Positions 27,480-37,845 of a stretch of 64,000 bases of DNA are shown here, in pieces. A program made the position numbers and the translations under genes. The number at the start of each line of letters is the position of its first letter. Position 1 is the stretch's first letter. Source of the stretch: Candidatus Heimdallarchaeota archaeon (GTDB taxonomy: Archaea; Asgardarchaeota; Heimdallarchaeia; Heimdallarchaeales; Kariarchaeaceae); assembly GCA_030149205.1 (NCBI GenBank), contig JASBSB010000004.1, forward strand, positions 34,058-98,057, given 5' to 3'. A model generated the notes under the pieces. It searched no databases, was not told the origin of the DNA, and worked only from the letters and a program-made list of their open reading frames with translations.

Positions 27480-28113
27480 TTTCTTGATTTCTTCTTCTGC
27501 TATAATAGATGAATATCCCAGACAGAGCAAAGAACAGTATGAAAATGTAACTTACCACAACAGATACTTCGGCAATTCCAAGCTTTGGTATGTTCAAAAA
27601 CCCGTAGATAAACCCTAGCCTATAATTTCCATAACCGTTCATCAGAGCATAGGCAAGATAAGCCAGGGGATAAATAACCCAATACAACACATGTTTCCAC
27701 CTGTAACGAACATTATTGGTCATAAGAAAGTCAAGGATAAATAAGACTGGGACAAAGAAATGTTGGGAGAAATTTCCAAAAGTCCAAAAATAGGTGTCTG
27801 TTGGTGCAATTAGTATTGAGTAGGCTATAAAGGTTATAGAGATATAGACAGTTAATGCTCCCTTTATAGGTCCATTTAAGAATTCTTGTTTTTTGGGGTT
27901 CGTCCTCCATAAGAGATACAACCCTAGCCAAATTATTACAAAATAGTTTGATTGAATTGTCAAAAATTTATTCCTGTCGAGACAACCTAGATTCAAACTA
28001 TTAATGCAACTCTCAAACTGTAAATATAATTGTGTCCCCAAGCCTAGCAAAAAGAGAAATAATCGATATGTTGTAACGAATCTTTCGGATGGCACTATAT
28101 TACTTGTTTTCAA
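27466..28113 (-). CDS. hypothetical multi-pass membrane protein
   Basis: 215 aa with about 6 TM helices. No diagnostic motif. Confidence 0.45.
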   Translation of the reverse strand: MKTSNIVPSERFVTTYRLFLFLLGLGTQLYLQFESCINSLNLGCLDRNKFLTIQSNYFVIIWLGLYLLWRTNPKKQEFLNGPIKGALTVYISITFIAYSILIAPTDTYFWTFGNFSQHFFVPVLFILDFLMTNNVRYRWKHVLYWVIYPLAYLAYALMNGYGNYRLGFIYGFLNIPKLGIAEVSVVVSYIFILFFALSGIFIYYSRRRNQEITNS

Positions 28114-28225
28114 GTATCCATAAGTGTTTTTCTTTTCCTAATAAAAATTCACATAAAATTTAACATATAATAAAATCATTATAATTAATCAAGAATACCA
28201 ATATCTAAGTGAAAGTTAGGTATCT

Positions 28226-29503
28226 TTGGTAAACTCTATATCATATTTCTTAGACATAAAATTGAGGACTGTTATAACGAAAGAGCAAGAAGATGGTCTA
28301 AGTTTCAGGGTTGTCCAGATAAATGGACCTGATAAGGGGGGTATTTTTGTAGAATTTTGTAAATATTTTGCTGATAACAACATCAACATTCTCGATATCT
28401 CACAAAATGTATTACGAGGGTATCTTTCAATCACATTTTTGTTAGACATCAAAGATTCAGCAATAAATGAAGACAGGATAGCATTGGGATTAAAGCAGAT
28501 AGGCAGAAAAAAGGATTGTATTGTAAAGGTGAATGATTATCGTGTCGGACAAAGAGCCCGAGTGAGAGATCTGTATGTTTTAACTATCATCGGAGAGGAT
28601 AAAATTGGACTTCTCTATAATGTTTCCTCAATTTTACATAAACATAGAGTCAATATTGAGACAATTCAGGTTAAGGTTAATCAGAAATTAATTTACAACC
28701 AGTTTGTAACTGATTGTGGAGAAGTGCAATCAATTTCCTTGTTAAGAAACGAATTAAGACATTTATGTGAAACACTGAATCTTTCAATGACCCTGCAGAA
28801 AGAGCAGACTTTCAGGAAAAATAAAAGATTAATTATTTTTGACATGGATTCAACTTTGATTGACGGCGAAACAATTGTTGAAATTGCGAAGCTCTTAGGA
28901 AAAGAAGATGAAATGGCAAAAACCACCGAAATTGCGATGTCAGGGAACTCAAATTTTTCTGAATCACTTAAATATAGAGCTAAACTAATTGCAGGAGTTC
29001 CTGAATCTGATTTAAAAAAACTTGCTGACAACATTGAGATCATGCAAGGTGTTGAGGAACTAATCAGTGAACTGAAGGATATGGGATGGAAAATTGGAGT
29101 TGTTTCATCTGGTTTCTCTTACTTCACAGATTCTGTTAAGGACAAACTCGGTCTGGATTATTCCTTTGGAAACACTCTTGAGATAAAGAACGGGGTTGCC
29201 ACAGGAAAGGTTGTTGGGGAAATAATTGATTCTGAAGGGAAGTGGGAGATAGTTAAGGAGCTGGCAGAGCAATTAGGGTTAAAAACTGACCAAATAGTCA
29301 CGATAGGAGATGGAAGTAATGATATTTCAATGATAAAGAATTCTGGGTTAGGGTTCGGATTTAACAGTAAAGAAATATTGTCTGAGGTTGCTGATGGAAA
29401 AATTGAAAAAAATCATCTATTAACACTTTTACTGATGATTGGTCTTTCTGAGACAGAGATAGATAAACTTTTTTTCGCCGACAAAATGACATCAGATGTC
29501 TGA
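28226..29503 (+). CDS. serB: phosphoserine phosphatase with N-terminal ACT domains
   Basis: HAD motif I IIFDMDSTLIDGE, motif II/III VVSSG...GDGSNDISM, and a tandem ACT-like N-terminus (GPDKGGIFVEFCKYFADNNINILDISQ). TTG start as in track; start uncertain. Confidence 0.75.
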   Translation: MVNSISYFLDIKLRTVITKEQEDGLSFRVVQINGPDKGGIFVEFCKYFADNNINILDISQNVLRGYLSITFLLDIKDSAINEDRIALGLKQIGRKKDCIVKVNDYRVGQRARVRDLYVLTIIGEDKIGLLYNVSSILHKHRVNIETIQVKVNQKLIYNQFVTDCGEVQSISLLRNELRHLCETLNLSMTLQKEQTFRKNKRLIIFDMDSTLIDGETIVEIAKLLGKEDEMAKTTEIAMSGNSNFSESLKYRAKLIAGVPESDLKKLADNIEIMQGVEELISELKDMGWKIGVVSSGFSYFTDSVKDKLGLDYSFGNTLEIKNGVATGKVVGEIIDSEGKWEIVKELAEQLGLKTDQIVTIGDGSNDISMIKNSGLGFGFNSKEILSEVADGKIEKNHLLTLLLMIGLSETEIDKLFFADKMTSDV

Positions 29504-29580
29504 ATATTAAAAGCAAATTAACGCTGAGAAGTGACCTAGAACTGTTTAGTTAAGTTCTCAAAATTTTTCATGAGTTTGAT

Positions 29581-30924
29581 ATGGATGAGGCAAATGATAC
29601 TGTAAACGTCTCAAGTATCTATACAGGTACTCCTCGTGATATTCCAGTCTATCCCAAGAAACATCGATTTAAATTTCACACTGCAACACTCGTTCAATCA
29701 TTGATGTCCAGTGGGGATAACCTGGGTGGTTCATTCATATTTCTTTATGCGATATCAAGAGGATCAGTAGGTGTCTTACAGGGGTTAATTACTGCTATTA
29801 GAGAATTGGGGTCTGCTTTGTTTCAACCAATTTGGGGGAATCTTTCAGATAAATTTGGAAGAAGACCGTTTTTAGTATTAGGATTCCTTGTTCAAGCTTT
29901 ATTTTGGGGGGTGTTTATTCCTTTATCTGTAACACCTCTACAAATCTTGTTGGTTCTTTTGTTTCAAACCCTGTTAGGAACTATGGTGATACCATCATTT
30001 AATGGATGGTTAGGTGACTTTACCGAGAGAACAACCAGAGGTAGAATCATTGGTAAAGTTGGCATGATTTCTTCATGGATGGCTCTATTTGCTCTATTGC
30101 TTGTCTCAATAATAATGCAAATCCAAGATCCAAACAGGTTGTATGTTAGTACATATTCGCTTGCCTTTATTGTGGGTGCTGGATTCTATGTTCTTGCAGC
30201 TATTGTCTCATTGTTTTTACCAGAGAGAGAGCGAAAGAGCCCTCAATCAGTATTTACAGATTCATTGATGTCATCGAGTGGACAGTCTATTCAATCAAAA
30301 TATTTTATCAGGTTTAAAATCAAATTCGATAGTTATATAGCTGGATTCAACCCTGAATTCAAGAGATTAGTGATAGTAGAAGGAATATTCAAACTAGGAT
30401 GGGCGATAGCCTGGCCTCTATTTCCATATGCAACCTTAGACGCAACTAATGGCTGGATAGAGATTGCTGTGCTTCAAATTACTATTGGAATATCATTAGG
30501 TATCTCTCAGATGATAGGTGGAACCATATCAGATAAGATTGGGAGAAAGCGGGTTATAATTTGGTCTCGTCTATCACTCATTTTTCCCCCGCTACTCGCT
30601 GGATTAGCCATGCAATATCAAAATATTTGGTTTTTAATCTTCTCCAATTTGCTGGTTGGGTTAACTCTAGGAGCTGGAACTATCGGACTGAACGCCATGA
30701 TTTTAGATATAGCCCCTGAGGGAAGAGAAGGGAAATACTTTAGCAATTTTTTGATGTTGCAGGGATTGATCTCATTCTCAGCTTCTTTTATTATGGGGTT
30801 AATATTAAACCTGTTTGACAGTACTGCCCCTAACTTTTATGGGATAATCGCTTGGTTGCTGATATCAGTGTCATTTCTGAGGTTCTTGCTCTGGTTTGTG
30901 TACTTCTTCCTCCCAGACCTTTAG
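29581..30924 (+). CDS. MFS-type transporter
   Basis: 447 aa with about 12 TM helices. The GxLaDrxGrR-like motif WGNLSDKFGRRPF and a second half-repeat SDKIGRKR are typical of the major facilitator superfamily. Confidence 0.7.
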   Translation: MDEANDTVNVSSIYTGTPRDIPVYPKKHRFKFHTATLVQSLMSSGDNLGGSFIFLYAISRGSVGVLQGLITAIRELGSALFQPIWGNLSDKFGRRPFLVLGFLVQALFWGVFIPLSVTPLQILLVLLFQTLLGTMVIPSFNGWLGDFTERTTRGRIIGKVGMISSWMALFALLLVSIIMQIQDPNRLYVSTYSLAFIVGAGFYVLAAIVSLFLPERERKSPQSVFTDSLMSSSGQSIQSKYFIRFKIKFDSYIAGFNPEFKRLVIVEGIFKLGWAIAWPLFPYATLDATNGWIEIAVLQITIGISLGISQMIGGTISDKIGRKRVIIWSRLSLIFPPLLAGLAMQYQNIWFLIFSNLLVGLTLGAGTIGLNAMILDIAPEGREGKYFSNFLMLQGLISFSASFIMGLILNLFDSTAPNFYGIIAWLLISVSFLRFLLWFVYFFLPDL

Positions 30925-31312
30925 CTGAATAAGACCCTGGTATGAAGTTAATGCACTTGTTATCCTGATTAACTATGTTTGTGTACCAAAAGATTTGAAA
31001 TTTTGATGTGTTTCTTCCTTACCGATTCTTTAAATTAAGGGTTATCAGGACTTACCCTAATTGTGTCAGTTAGATTTTTGTATTTTCTGAGGAAATTTTC
31101 GTTTTAAAATCGAACCATAAGGACATTTTTACTAAGAACATGGCTAAGAAATTTCTCATAAATAATCCTGAGCTAGATATATTCTTGATATGTTTAGAAA
31201 TATCCTTACAGCACATTCTCTTCTATACATTTGGATGTTTTTTCTACTGGATAATCACTCAACAACTAAGGTGAATTTTTTTGCTAATTCCAAATATTTT
31301 TAATTATACTAA

Positions 31313-32521
31313 ATGATATTTTTGATTGTGGATACTTTTATAATTAAAAAAAATAAGATTTATGTTCCGGTTACAATCCTGGTTTCAGGGTTATTTATAA
31401 TCTTATTCACAATTATTTATGGCGGAGGAGTTGGAATGGGGGACTCTGACATTTATATTTCACTTTCCTTTGGACTTGCAATATTCTTCATCCTTCTTCT
31501 TTGCTCTCCATTCATCCTTCGAGACGAGGGGTATTTCACAAAGCCATTTTTGTTTCTCTATCCTACTTTACTGATTGTTCTTGGATTATTTAGTTTTATC
31601 TTTCGCTCTCCACTATTATTCGATGCTCTTTATCAAACTCTATTTGCGTCAATCTTTGTTATATATTATGTTGCTTATTACCCGCTTAAAGTTGAAATAA
31701 ATAAATATCAAAAAAATGGCAAGATAGAGTTGATTGTGACTCACTATTTTTTTCTCAACAGAAGGTTCAAGGTGAGTTATCTGCTTAATATAAGAACACC
31801 GCTGTATATATCATCACATAACAAAATAGTCGCACCCTTTATTTATCCTAGTCCAACCCATAAATTCCATAAGATTTTTGCTGTTGAATCTGGTGTGAGA
31901 CAGAATCTCTATCTTCTTCCCGAATGGTTTCGAGGTATGAATTTGGTTTCATTTGAAAAAGAGTTTCTCCCTGAGCTTGATATTCAAATTGAGACACCAA
32001 AGGTCTTTAACAGACCAAACAAGTTAATTCGGTCAATCCGTATTCTCCCCACAGGGGAGCTTGAAAACGTCCAACCAGAAAAGGTATTTTTTATAAATCA
32101 ATTTCGAGACAGAATTCTCTTCAAATCCTTCTTAGCTGTTTTGATTCTTCAGGTATTAGGACTATTGGCTGGAGCAATTTTGGTTGTGATTATAATTACT
32201 TTGTTCCTTTCGTCACAAACTTATTTTATGTATCTTATGTCTTGGGTAATTGCACTTATAGGAGGTATTACAATTTTGGGTTTTGAAATAGTTCTTTTAG
32301 GGATGTTTCTTTACCCATTAACAATACTGTTATTTGGTTCTCCACAGGTAACCCTAACAGAAAACTTACTTTCTGTGAATTTCAGGTGGTACCGGTTCTC
32401 AATTGACAGGTTCACACTCCCAACAGCCTCTATCAGATTCGGAAACAAGGATGGAACCGTGTATCTTCTCTGGGAAGATAAAAACCCAACTTTTGGATAT
32501 CCGATTGGGATCAAGAAATGA
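31313..32521 (+). CDS. hypothetical membrane protein (inserted gene)
   Basis: 402 aa. N- and C-terminal TM clusters surround a soluble middle. Flanked by the MFS 3' end and a duplicated fragment of that same 3' end. Confidence 0.45.
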   Translation: MIFLIVDTFIIKKNKIYVPVTILVSGLFIILFTIIYGGGVGMGDSDIYISLSFGLAIFFILLLCSPFILRDEGYFTKPFLFLYPTLLIVLGLFSFIFRSPLLFDALYQTLFASIFVIYYVAYYPLKVEINKYQKNGKIELIVTHYFFLNRRFKVSYLLNIRTPLYISSHNKIVAPFIYPSPTHKFHKIFAVESGVRQNLYLLPEWFRGMNLVSFEKEFLPELDIQIETPKVFNRPNKLIRSIRILPTGELENVQPEKVFFINQFRDRILFKSFLAVLILQVLGLLAGAILVVIIITLFLSSQTYFMYLMSWVIALIGGITILGFEIVLLGMFLYPLTILLFGSPQVTLTENLLSVNFRWYRFSIDRFTLPTASIRFGNKDGTVYLLWEDKNPTFGYPIGIKK

Positions 32522-32639
32522 TCCTTTTTTTAGGTGTATACCACTCAAAATTATCAATGTTTAAATTCATTAAATATTCAAATATAACACTCATAAGGAT
32601 CCTGATTACATTTGGTTAACAATGATAATTAATTTCTAA

Positions 32640-32965
32640 TCAATTAGCCATACAATATCAAAATATTTGGTTTTTAATCTACGCCAATTTGCTGCTTGGT
32701 TTAACTCTAGGAGCTGGAACTATCGGATTAAACTCAATGATTTTAAATATAACCCTGAGGGAAGAGAGAGAAAATACTTTAGCAATTTTTTGATGTTGTA
32801 AGGATTGATCCCATTCTCACCTTCTTTTGTCAAGGGGTTAATTTTAAACCCGTTTGACAGTACTGCCCCTAACTTTTATGGGTAATTTCTTGGTTGCTTT
32901 TAACAGTGTCATTTCTGAGGTTCTTGCTCTGGTTCGTATATTTCTACCTTCCAGATCTTTAACTG
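32640..32965 (+). pseudogene. degenerate duplicate of the 3' end of MFS gene 29581..30924
   Basis: About 325 bp aligning to 30600-30924 at roughly 85-90% identity, with frameshifts and stops. Sits 3' of the inserted gene 31313..32521. Confidence 0.7.
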
Positions 32966-33021
32966 AACTAAGAACCTCATATAAAGTCACTGAACTTTTA
33001 TTCATGTTATTTGTTTGGAGA

Positions 33022-34035
33022 CTATATTTCGATTCCATTTGGTGCTAGGGCAGTAAATGTCTGAACAGCCATTTCAACTGTAGATCCAAAAGGAACTGTC
33101 ACAAGTGGAGTTGTTGCACCAGCTTTCATAATCCTTACTAACTGTTCAATTGCATCGTTCTTTGAGCCCATTAGACAGGTTTGATTTAATATCTCATCTG
33201 TCACAGACAGAGCAGCACCTTGCCTATCACCATTTAACCATTTGAGTCTGATATCTTCAGCTTCCTCCTCATAACCGATTCGTTTAAGCATATTGTTGTA
33301 AAAAGTACCCATCCCACCAAAATAATAAGCAAGGTGACCTTGTAACAATAACTTGGTTTTTGGATCAGAGCCTATTCCTGCTAAAACAAAGGGTGTGATC
33401 TGAAAACTGTCCCTTGGTTTATTAAACTCGTCCAAATGTTTATACACTGTCTGAACTTCTTCCTTAAATGCGTTAAGTGGCATTATTACCGGAATCCAAC
33501 CGTCTGCGATCTCAGTAGTAAGTTTTACATTTTTTGGACCTAATGAGGCTATATGGATGGGTTGATTTTCTCTGACTGGGTTTACTGATAGCTTAAACCC
33601 TTTGACAAGGCCTAATGTGTCACTTTGATAATCCAATCTCTGACCTGAAAGAAGCAATCTGAGCATAGTTACAAAATCGCGTGTGTGTTGTAAAGGTTTC
33701 GTAAATTTCCTTCCATGAAATCCTTCAATAACTTTAGGGCCACTCAATCCTAATCCCACGGTGAATCTGCCACCTGATAGTTCATCTAAGGAAACTGCTG
33801 TCATTCCCACAACACCGGGAGTCCTACTGTACATATTCAAAATGCCTGTACTTAATCTGGCAGATTTCGTTATATATGCTAGATTTGCGAGTAGGGAAAT
33901 TGAATCATGTCCCCAAATCTCTGGGACGGAGATTTGTGAATATCCAAGAGCTTCTATCTGTGGAGCATACTGAAGAAGAGCTTTAGCAGGGAGATAATCA
34001 GCACCCACTACAACTCCCACTGAAGGGTTTGTCAT
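33022..34035 (-). CDS. luciferase-like monooxygenase (LLM) family oxidoreductase, probably F420-dependent
   Basis: 337 aa. TIM-barrel LLM-type sequence (GVVVGADYLP...ISVPEIWGHDSISLLANLA..., GGRFTVGLGLSGPKVIEGFHG). Confidence 0.7.
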   Translation of the reverse strand: MTNPSVGVVVGADYLPAKALLQYAPQIEALGYSQISVPEIWGHDSISLLANLAYITKSARLSTGILNMYSRTPGVVGMTAVSLDELSGGRFTVGLGLSGPKVIEGFHGRKFTKPLQHTRDFVTMLRLLLSGQRLDYQSDTLGLVKGFKLSVNPVRENQPIHIASLGPKNVKLTTEIADGWIPVIMPLNAFKEEVQTVYKHLDEFNKPRDSFQITPFVLAGIGSDPKTKLLLQGHLAYYFGGMGTFYNNMLKRIGYEEEAEDIRLKWLNGDRQGAALSVTDEILNQTCLMGSKNDAIEQLVRIMKAGATTPLVTVPFGSTVEMAVQTFTALAPNGIEI

Positions 34036-34238
34036 AATTGTTATATTTGAGGTATCTAAATAAACCTCATTAATTTGATTGGAATTTCTGCTGATTCAGC
34101 TAAGAAGAATACTTGAATAAGAATTGGTTGCTTGCAATTATAATTTACATGAGATACTTATAATTTGAATAAGATACCTACTAGCAATAATCTTGAAATA
34201 TTAGGAAATATTTGACTGTTATTGATTGAATTGCTAAT

Positions 34239-35612
34239 TTAATGTTTACTCTTACTTACAAATCTTAGATTCTCTAATTTGTAAAACGGGATATTACCAG
34301 CATTCCCAAACTCATCTAGAAGTGCAGTCTGTGTATTTGAAATTAAATCAACTGATTTAAAGAATTTAAGGAGAGAGTCAGTAAACCTCAGGTTTTTGAC
34401 TGCATGTTTTATCTCTCCATCTTCTATCAAATAAAGTCCATCTCTAGTAAGACCTGTGATAACACCTTTTGGACCATTTACTATGTTTGTGTACCAAAAT
34501 GTCTGAACATATAATCCTCGTTTTGTCTCAGATATCATCTCCTCTCTTGAGGAATCTCCAGTTTTCATTGAGATATTGCTCGGGCCACTTCCACCGAATG
34601 AGTAATCTGAATAGGGTAACCCCATTAACCCAGAGGCCAATGATGGGTCACCTAAAAATTCTGATGCTGATAAAATTGAATAAAATACACTCTTAGGTAC
34701 CCCATTCTCAAATATATTTTGATTTTTTGTTGGGACACCTTCAGCATCAAATGGTGTTGCCATTAATGACTCCGGGTTTAAGGGGCTATCATATAAGACA
34801 AAATTTGAACTTAACACCTGTTCTCCAAGTCTATCAGAAAACGGACTGTATTTTTGGTGATACGGAGAGGCAGATAACTGAAATAGCGTGTATGAAAGTA
34901 GCTCAGCCCCTGCTTGAGGTGCAAGAACCACAGGGTATTCACCTACATCTACAGATTTTGCTTCCAAGGTATCTTTACTAATTTGAACTGCAGATTGTGT
35001 CAATGTTTCGACGTCTGGTTTTGCAGTAGTTTTGTTAGCTGCTACCTCTCTTCCAAACCCTCTTTTCTCCCCCTCTTCAATTATACTAAGAATTTTTAAG
35101 TCATTTAATCGAATGGAATGAGATCCCTCTAATCCATTTGATGTTAGAAGAGCATAGTCCAACTTTATTCTTTCGACTTTTCCAAAGAGCTTAGCTCGTG
35201 GATCTAAATCAGTCCCAATATTTACAATTTCACTTACTATTTCTGCTGCATTTTCTGCTGTGTAATTTTCCCCAATTGGTTTGAAATTCTGATATTTTTG
35301 TTCCTTTGCCAACCCCTTAAAAAATGGGATTTCGGGACTAACTTTGATTGTTTCAACCAAGTTTTGAACTACCTTAGATATATTGTTCTCAGAAATTGAT
35401 GCTGAGACAGTCCCTAATTTCTTACCTTTGTACCCTCTAAGATTTGTGAAAGTTGACCCAGATTCCACCTGTTGGTGTATGACATTGTTAGCATACCTTG
35501 TAAGTGCATCCTTTCTAAATGAGGTCAAAATCTCAAAGCCATCGAGGTTTGATTTTTCCAATTCTTTTGCCAATAATTCATTGATATGTGTTAATTCAGT
35601 CATCTTTATCAC
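34239..35612 (-). CDS. pmbA: PmbA/TldE-family metalloprotease modulator
   Basis: 457 aa with TldD/PmbA-family architecture. Overlaps the tldD stop by 4 nt. Lacks the HExxxH of TldD, as expected for the PmbA partner. Confidence 0.7.
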   Translation of the reverse strand: MIKMTELTHINELLAKELEKSNLDGFEILTSFRKDALTRYANNVIHQQVESGSTFTNLRGYKGKKLGTVSASISENNISKVVQNLVETIKVSPEIPFFKGLAKEQKYQNFKPIGENYTAENAAEIVSEIVNIGTDLDPRAKLFGKVERIKLDYALLTSNGLEGSHSIRLNDLKILSIIEEGEKRGFGREVAANKTTAKPDVETLTQSAVQISKDTLEAKSVDVGEYPVVLAPQAGAELLSYTLFQLSASPYHQKYSPFSDRLGEQVLSSNFVLYDSPLNPESLMATPFDAEGVPTKNQNIFENGVPKSVFYSILSASEFLGDPSLASGLMGLPYSDYSFGGSGPSNISMKTGDSSREEMISETKRGLYVQTFWYTNIVNGPKGVITGLTRDGLYLIEDGEIKHAVKNLRFTDSLLKFFKSVDLISNTQTALLDEFGNAGNIPFYKLENLRFVSKSKH

Positions 35613-37054
35613 TCCAACAATCCTACCTGTACATTGCTAAATCTTGTAGGAGGACCTCCATGCCCTGTGTACATCGTCTGACCTGGTTCTCCTTTTCCAC
35701 AGAATGGGGTTCCTAATACCTCCATTTCATCTGGTCTGCCAACAGCACTGACACTATTCCAAAACTCATTGGTTATTCCTGTGTAGGTGGGGTTTTTAAC
35801 TAAGCCTGTTATCTCCCCCTTCTCTATTCTATATCCAACTTCACATCCAAATTGAAAATTTAACCTAATATCATCAATAGACCAGCTACGATTTGTATTA
35901 AAATAATATCCATCCTTGGTTTCTGCAATCATTTCGTCCAATGAATAACCTGTTTTATCTGGCTGAAGTACAATGTTTGTCATTCGGATCAATGGGATCT
36001 TATCATATCCATTGCTTCTCATTGTCCCACCGCTATCCTTTCTTCCAATCTTTAAGGCAGTCTCTCTGGAACTCAAATAATCATTGAAAACACCCTCTTT
36101 GACAAGTTCCAATTTTTTGGCTTTCACACCCTCATGATCATAATAAAATGTTCCAATAGCACCAGGAATAGTGGCATCAGCATGGATCGTTACTTTTTCA
36201 TTCCCATACATAAAGTTCTCCTTAAGAAGATTAGGCTTTAAGAAGCTCGTTCCTGCATAGGCTGCCTCATAACCCAGAGCACGATCAAGCTCAGTAGGAT
36301 GACCACAGCTTTCATGGAGTTGAATGCCAAGTTGAGATGGATTTAAAATTATGTCTGCTCTTCCTGGTTTCATTTGTGGTGCCTCCAATAATTTAACAAG
36401 CTCTTTGGCTTTCTCTGGTATCTGTCCCACTAGGTCAAATTCTTTCATTGATTCCCATCCTCGTGTTGAGAACATATCATCCTTAAATTTTCGAGTCTGG
36501 GTATCACCATTCCCAGAAGCTGTCATGGTAACATATCCCCCATTCCATGTTATCCTTTGATCAATTTTAGTACCACTTGAGTTGTAAAACACCATATAGT
36601 CTTGGGCTGCTACATACACAGAGTTTGTAAACTGGATTGCTGGATCTACTCTGGCTGCCTCTTCAGCAGTAACAAAATGTTCCAGCTTTTCTTCAAGTTC
36701 AACATGAAACGGATCAATCTTTATAGGATTTTCCACTGTGTCAACAACAATAGGTTCCTCTGTTAAAGTTACATGTGGATTACATAAACTCGCAGCTTTT
36801 GCAAGTTTGACCGCACGTTTTATTGTTTCAGAAACGCTTTCTTTTGTCAGCTTATCAGTAGCAGAAAATCCCCAAGCACCATTCAGTAGCACCCTGATAC
36901 CAAATCCCTTACTGTCATCTTTTCCACTCCCAATGATGACTTTGTTTCTTGTGCTGAAATAATCTGTTTTGTCTTCCATATACTTGAACTCTAAAAGACT
37001 AACTCCTTCAGGAGTATTCGTTATGGCAAAATCCGCTAAATCATGAGGATTCAT
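35609..37054 (-). CDS. tldD: TldD-family zinc metalloprotease
   Basis: 481 aa. HExxxGH motif (LHESCGHPTELDR), and the C-terminal GxC...G region is conserved. Confidence 0.8.
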   Translation of the reverse strand: MNPHDLADFAITNTPEGVSLLEFKYMEDKTDYFSTRNKVIIGSGKDDSKGFGIRVLLNGAWGFSATDKLTKESVSETIKRAVKLAKAASLCNPHVTLTEEPIVVDTVENPIKIDPFHVELEEKLEHFVTAEEAARVDPAIQFTNSVYVAAQDYMVFYNSSGTKIDQRITWNGGYVTMTASGNGDTQTRKFKDDMFSTRGWESMKEFDLVGQIPEKAKELVKLLEAPQMKPGRADIILNPSQLGIQLHESCGHPTELDRALGYEAAYAGTSFLKPNLLKENFMYGNEKVTIHADATIPGAIGTFYYDHEGVKAKKLELVKEGVFNDYLSSRETALKIGRKDSGGTMRSNGYDKIPLIRMTNIVLQPDKTGYSLDEMIAETKDGYYFNTNRSWSIDDIRLNFQFGCEVGYRIEKGEITGLVKNPTYTGITNEFWNSVSAVGRPDEMEVLGTPFCGKGEPGQTMYTGHGGPPTRFSNVQVGLLE

Positions 37055-37195
37055 GTATCTAGGTTTACGACCTCAACTTAAATTTTGTTCAGGGGATAAC
37101 TCACATACGTAAATTTTGTATAGAATATTTATGTTCATCACCCTAAATCTTAGAATAGCTACTAAAGACTTTATTATGAATCTTCAAACAAATAC

Positions 37196-37837
37196 ATGGT
37201 GGAAAAACCCGAGAGATTCTATCTACAGTCAAATCGAGAGAACATTATTACCGATACCATGATTCAAAAATTTCTTTCTGATAATCAAGAGCTGACAATT
37301 TTCCTGAAAGATGCAAATATAAAACTCCATCCGGTTCACTTTGGTGCTTATGAGAGCTTTTGCTACTGGATTATTGCACAGCAGTTGAGTGGTCACGTAG
37401 CAGAAATTATCATGAATCGACTGCGGTCAGAGGTTCAACCATTAAAACCAGAAAATTTATTAGCACAGCCATCTGAGGTTCTTAGAAAGGTAGGAATCTC
37501 AAAATCAAAAATTGTGTATCTCAATAATATTTCTACCTTCTTTTCTGAGCATCCACAGGCAGATAACCTTGAAACTTTGTCAAATGAAGAGATAAAGTCT
37601 CTCCTGTTACCAATCAAAGGAATTGGTCCATGGACAATTAACATGTTTCTAATATTTAATTTGGGTAGACTTAATGTTGTTGCTGTTGGAGACCTCGTGG
37701 TCAGAAAGGGAATCAGAATACTTTATGGTTTGCAGGAGATTCCAAGTATTACTGAGGCAAAAATACATACTCAAAAATGGGGAAAGTTAGGGACGATTGG
37801 ATCTCTCTTAGCTTGGAAAGTGGCGGAAAACACATAA
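37196..37837 (+). CDS. HhH-GPD superfamily DNA glycosylase (AlkA-like 3-methyladenine glycosylase)
   Basis: Helix-hairpin-helix plus Gly/Pro-rich loop and catalytic Asp (LLPIKGIGPWTINMFLIFNLGRLNVVAVGDLVVRKGI). Confidence 0.65.
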   Translation: MVEKPERFYLQSNRENIITDTMIQKFLSDNQELTIFLKDANIKLHPVHFGAYESFCYWIIAQQLSGHVAEIIMNRLRSEVQPLKPENLLAQPSEVLRKVGISKSKIVYLNNISTFFSEHPQADNLETLSNEEIKSLLLPIKGIGPWTINMFLIFNLGRLNVVAVGDLVVRKGIRILYGLQEIPSITEAKIHTQKWGKLGTIGSLLAWKVAENT

Positions 37838-37845
37838 TAATCAAT

